21,095 bases of DNA from Promethearchaeota archaeon. Lineage in GTDB: Archaea; Asgardarchaeota; Lokiarchaeia; Sigyniarchaeales; SOKP01. Made by a program: the position numbers and the translations under genes. Location: assembly GCA_019058015.1 (NCBI GenBank), contig JAHLWH010000259.1, positions 1-21,095 of the forward strand, in the 5' to 3' direction. A model generated the notes under the pieces. It had not been told where the DNA came from, searched no databases, and saw only the letters and a list, made by a program, of their open reading frames with translations. This document shows positions 17,159-21,095 of the stretch, piece after piece (position 1 is the stretch's first letter; every line of letters begins with the position of its first letter).

Positions 17159-17836
17159 TCATAAAATGTTTTTATTCAACAAATCTCTAATTTGTTCTAA
17201 AGCAAATTTTCTATATTCTTTAGCAGATAAAATATAAGATTCCAATTTTATTGGTTCTGTAATATTTTCACGTAATTTAAGATCTGCCTCTACTTTCGCC
17301 GCTCCAAGAAGTACCCCATATATATAAAATAAACGTTCAATAGCTTCAGTTTTAGTTATTTCTTTAGCAATTACCGCTTTTTCCACAATTACTGAGATGT
17401 ATTTCATTATTTGGAATGGTTCATAATTTTTCTCTAGAGGACCAATTTTTTTGGAAGGGGGAGCAGAAATTAAAAACATCATCGCAAATCGATTAAAATC
17501 AACGCTTGCAAATTCCAAGAAAAATTCTGCCATTTTAAAAAAAAGGTCAGTATAGGAACCTTGATGATCATCTATTAATCTATTTAGCCCATCTTGAAAT
17601 TCTCCATAATATTTCGTCCTAATAGCAATCCAAAGTTCTCTCTTACTCTGGACGTAATTATATACATTTGTTTGAGACATATTTAAGCGTTTTGCTAAGG
17701 CTCGAAGACTAAATCCATGTGAGCCATATTTAACAAATAATTCCTTTCCAGTTTCTAGAATTCTATTAAACTGTTCTGCCTTTTTTTTTGGTGCTCGTGC
17801 TCTTGGAATTATTTTCTTCTTTTTACTTTTTTCCAT
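17159..17836 (-). CDS. TetR/AcrR family transcriptional regulator
   Basis: ILETGKELFVKYGSHGFSLRALAKRLNMSQTNVYNYVQSKREL is a TetR N-terminal HTH. Confidence 0.92.
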   Translation of the reverse strand: MEKSKKKKIIPRARAPKKKAEQFNRILETGKELFVKYGSHGFSLRALAKRLNMSQTNVYNYVQSKRELWIAIRTKYYGEFQDGLNRLIDDHQGSYTDLFFKMAEFFLEFASVDFNRFAMMFLISAPPSKKIGPLEKNYEPFQIMKYISVIVEKAVIAKEITKTEAIERLFYIYGVLLGAAKVEADLKLRENITEPIKLESYILSAKEYRKFALEQIRDLLNKNIL

Positions 17837-18143
17837 TATGATTATCTAATTTTTTTAATAATTTATAATTTAAAGTTTAAATTTCTGAATATTATGATTA
17901 TTAGATTGATTAATTTTTATAATTATATATTTTGATGAATGAGTATATTTATTTTAAATTTTTATTAAAAATCTTCCTATATTCATAATACCTCTTACTC
18001 GGAAAATCCTTCCCAGTTAAGCCATATTTTTAAATATAAACATTTAAATATAAGTTATTATCGATAATTAAATTAACTAACATAGATCATGTAATTAAAT
18101 CTTTATAAAAAAAAAACTCAAGAAATTAATTTTTTAAAAAAAA

Positions 18144-19613
18144 TTGAAAACAATATGGAATGAAAGGATTATGACAGAATCTACAAAAATGAGGTATTCT
18201 GAAAAAATTACTAATAAGAAAATGATTTTATTTACATTAAGTGGACCAATCGGCGGACTTTTGTTTGGAATGTGGGGGAATATTCAATTTTTTGCGGCAT
18301 CGGTGCTTTTAATACCACAAGTTGTAATTACTGTGATTTACCTTATTTACTCAATAGTTGATAGCATCAATGATCCAGTTTTAGGTTATCTTACTGATCG
18401 ATCCAAAAGATTTACAGCTAAATTTGGAAAGCGCTTTCCATGGATTATGATTGGGGCTATTATAAGTCCGATTGTACTCATTTTATGTTTCATTCAAGTC
18501 GCTCAAATTAATGTTGATGAATCCGGTCAAGTGCTAAATCCTGAAGCAGTTTTAATAGCCTCTATATGGTTATGCGTCATAATGGTTATTTACGAAACAT
18601 TTCGCACATTACATGAGATAAACCATACATCTTTGTTCCCTGATTTATTCCGAGAAGAAAACCAACGAAGGAAAGTTAGTGGAGTTGGAGGGATTGTAGG
18701 TGGAATAACCTCGATTTTATCTGCTATTTTGATTCCATTATTTATAGCAAGTCTAGGAGGGGCAACTAGCCTAACTGCTTATTTGTTTACTACAATAATA
18801 ATCATTATTGTTGTTTATTTATTGATTTTCCCCTATAATTTAGGTGTTCGTGAAACTGATAAGATGAAAGCATTTCGAGTAGAATTAGATAATTCAGGAA
18901 AAGGTACTTCTCCAGTGAAAGAAGTAGTGATTCGTATATTTAGAGATAAAAATTGGATGGCTATTGTAATTACGAATTTCTGCTGGGCTATAGCTGGAGC
19001 TTGCATGTTATATGGTTTAAACTTTTTTATCTTACATAATTTAGGATTGGGCATAGAATCTACCATTTTACCAGGACTATTTCATATTATCGTAAGCATT
19101 ATTTCAGCACCCATTTGGATTAAGGTAGCGAAAAAGATAGGTGTTAAAAAAACTTACTTAGTGAGTTTGATTTTAAATGTTATTGGTTTCCTTGCATTTT
19201 ATTTTGTAACTGATATTATTGGAGTGATTATAGTGCTAGCTTATGTAGGCATACCTACTAGTGCAAATTATGGTGTGATTATTTTTCTTGCAATGGCTGA
19301 AGGAATCGATAACGCTGCTGTAAATTCAGGAAAACGTGAAGAAGGGAGTTACATTGGTATATTGCGAGTTTTTTCTGCATTTTCATATGCTTCTCAAACT
19401 CTAATTTTTGCATTAGTAGCAGGTATCACAGGATATAATCCAGTACTTGAAGCTAACCAAACTCCTTTTGCTAAATGGGGGTTAAATCTCCAAATGTCAC
19501 TAATCCCAATGGTTATTATCTTCATTGGCACGATTATTTTCGCACTAATGTATAAAATAAGAAAGGAAGATGCAGAAGCAAATAAAGAAAAATTGAAAGA
19601 ATTAGGGCTCTAG
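18144..19613 (+). CDS. MFS transporter, GPH (MelB-like glycoside-pentoside-hexuronide:cation symporter) family; likely ATG start at 18171
   Basis: DSINDPVLGYLTDRSKRFTAKFGKRFPW, SLFPDL, SGKREEGSY; about 12 hydrophobic segments. Confidence 0.9.
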   Translation: MKTIWNERIMTESTKMRYSEKITNKKMILFTLSGPIGGLLFGMWGNIQFFAASVLLIPQVVITVIYLIYSIVDSINDPVLGYLTDRSKRFTAKFGKRFPWIMIGAIISPIVLILCFIQVAQINVDESGQVLNPEAVLIASIWLCVIMVIYETFRTLHEINHTSLFPDLFREENQRRKVSGVGGIVGGITSILSAILIPLFIASLGGATSLTAYLFTTIIIIIVVYLLIFPYNLGVRETDKMKAFRVELDNSGKGTSPVKEVVIRIFRDKNWMAIVITNFCWAIAGACMLYGLNFFILHNLGLGIESTILPGLFHIIVSIISAPIWIKVAKKIGVKKTYLVSLILNVIGFLAFYFVTDIIGVIIVLAYVGIPTSANYGVIIFLAMAEGIDNAAVNSGKREEGSYIGILRVFSAFSYASQTLIFALVAGITGYNPVLEANQTPFAKWGLNLQMSLIPMVIIFIGTIIFALMYKIRKEDAEANKEKLKELGL

Positions 19614-19666
19614 ACCCTCCTAAGCCATTATTTTAAATTTATTTTTTTTTTTCAATATATAAAAAT

Positions 19667-20299
19667 TTACCTTTTCTTTAATTCCTTTATTACTTTATTA
19701 GGGTTTTTTGTATTAATTATTGCACTAGCAGAAATTAATATATCAGCATTTGATAATTTTTTTGAACTTTCTAAATTTACCCCACCATCTACCCTTATTT
19801 CTATTGGGTATTTCTCCTTAAATTTTACAATCTTTTTTAATCGATCTACGGTGGTTTCTATAAATTTTTGGCCAGAAAACCCAGGATTTACTCCTAAAAT
19901 CAAAATTGTATCAATTATCGGGAGAAATCTTTCTAATTTGTGAATCTCTGTGTCGGGATTGATCACCAACCCCACCTTTTTATTATAACTCTTTACTTTC
20001 ATAATTATCTCTTGAATATTTTCTTTAATTTCAATATGGAACAAGAAAATATCGATATAATCAATAACTTTTTCAATATATTCAAGTGGATTCTCAACCA
20101 TTAAATGAGCTTCTATAGGTAAATCAAACTCAGATTTGATTTTTTTAAAAATTTCTAGGTTAAGTTTTAAATTCGGAATAAATCTTCCATCCATTACGTC
20201 TATGTGGATAAAATCGAGTCCTTTTAAGTTTTTCAAAATATCTGTAGTAAAATCATGACTTGCGTGAATCGAAACGGCTACTTTCAATTTATTTCTCAA
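19667..20299 (-). CDS. rpe: Ribulose-phosphate 3-epimerase
   Basis: HIDVMDGRFIPN, EAHLMVENP, INPDT, VNPGFSGQKF, VDGGVN; all four metal ligands (H, D, H, D) are present. Confidence 0.9.
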   Translation of the reverse strand: MRNKLKVAVSIHASHDFTTDILKNLKGLDFIHIDVMDGRFIPNLKLNLEIFKKIKSEFDLPIEAHLMVENPLEYIEKVIDYIDIFLFHIEIKENIQEIIMKVKSYNKKVGLVINPDTEIHKLERFLPIIDTILILGVNPGFSGQKFIETTVDRLKKIVKFKEKYPIEIRVDGGVNLESSKKLSNADILISASAIINTKNPNKVIKELKKR

Positions 20300-20371
20300 T
20301 TTTGTATAGTGTGAAATTAAATTTAATTAATAATATATTAATTTTTTTAAGATATTAAGGTAAATAATTAA

Positions 20372-21095
20372 ATGATGAAAAAAATGACAGAAAAATCATA
20401 TGGTTCGGGTTATTTTGGCGAATGGATCGAAGATGTATTTGGTTTGCCGGCTTATCGATACACTTGTGATCAGATAAATGATCCTAAGGCAATTACTCCT
20501 ATGAATGAAACCTGGCGTTCTAAAACTGAACATCTTCATCAAGTAGGTAATGATCGATTGGTGGCTGTAGCATCTAACTATGGTTATATTCAGGTAAGAC
20601 AGGATGAAGGAAGCCCCAAATATCTTAATGAATACGATCCTAAACATGGTCATTATGCAGGAGGTTTCGGTTATCTTACTGATGGGAAAAAATCTTTAAG
20701 TACATTCTACCCTGGAAATGGAGAATCATTTGATAGGATTTTTGGATTGGGTTATATCCGAAAAAAAGTGAGAGGAAATGGGTATATTGCCGATCAGATT
20801 GTTTTTGCGCCATTTGGTGATGATCCAATATTGATCTCCCAAGTTACAATAACTAATAATCTTAATGTCCCAACTGATCTACGCTGGATAGAATTTTGGG
20901 GTTGTCATATATATCAATTTTCATTAAAGGCATATACAACAACCCTTTCAAAAAAAAGTAAAAAACATCCAAGAGAGATTCGTCAAGAATTCAGTGATCA
21001 GTTTAAACACAAATTTAAAATAATAAATGATGGTGCGGGACTTCAAGAAGCAAAATTTATTGAGGATTTAAATAAGGTTGATAAGGCTCCTTACC
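20372..21095 (+). CDS. N-terminal part of a large glycoside hydrolase/phosphorylase-like protein (GH94-like), truncated by the window edge; absent from the ORF track
   Basis: Open frame from ATG 20372 (or 20384) to the end: MTEKSYGSGYFGEWIEDVFGLPAYRYTCDQ...HQVGNDRLVAVASNYGYIQVRQDEG...RIFGLGY...VFAPFGDDPILISQVTITN...WIEFWG. It resembles the GH94 N-terminal beta-sandwich. The CDS is secure; the family call is tentative. Confidence 0.65.
   Translation, partial: MMKKMTEKSYGSGYFGEWIEDVFGLPAYRYTCDQINDPKAITPMNETWRSKTEHLHQVGNDRLVAVASNYGYIQVRQDEGSPKYLNEYDPKHGHYAGGFGYLTDGKKSLSTFYPGNGESFDRIFGLGYIRKKVRGNGYIADQIVFAPFGDDPILISQVTITNNLNVPTDLRWIEFWGCHIYQFSLKAYTTTLSKKSKKHPREIRQEFSDQFKHKFKIINDGAGLQEAKFIEDLNKVDKAPY

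Noticed and set aside
185-20653. Short ORFs in the track (185-403, 793-1212, 1638-1907, 2660-2878, 3023-3286, 3476-3667, 7016-7201, 8793-9014, 9220-9429, 9408-9605, 11682-11990, 12504-12731, 16654-16839, 18833-19066, 20396-20653)
   Set aside because: They are antisense or alternate-frame shadows of well-supported genes and carry no recognisable motifs.
1-21095. CRISPR array, tRNA/rRNA genes, IS elements
   Set aside because: No regularly spaced repeats, no GC-rich structured RNA segments, and no transposase or integrase ORFs were seen.

Overview
This is an AT-rich, gene-dense chromosomal window with about 22 protein-coding loci. I saw no rRNA, tRNA, CRISPR array or transposase. AGGTGA Shine-Dalgarno motifs, TATA-like boxes, an archaeal-type ThyA, an ADP-forming acyl-CoA synthetase alpha subunit, three crotonases and two stand-alone SCP2 proteins suggest an Asgard archaeon, probably Lokiarchaeia (inference). 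Gene content covers acyl-CoA/lipid metabolism, sugar catabolism (IolO-like epimerase, FGGY kinase, GPH transporter, rpe, GH94-like partial gene), a reductive-dehalogenase-like Fe-S protein and housekeeping genes (thyA, tatD, trmO). The top observation is at 9872-10519. Two ORFs called separately share one reading frame (DUF5678-like domain plus retropepsin aspartic protease) broken by a single TGA, and no start codon lies between that TGA and the catalytic DTG. An active protease therefore needs UGA recoding/readthrough or a non-canonical start; otherwise this is a nonsense mutation or sequencing error. Also notable are a tandem pair of ~100-aa paralogues with conserved leaders, a hidden ~84%-identical remnant of the neighbouring crotonase 3' end between them, a ~76-aa insertion in ThyA and several candidate operators.
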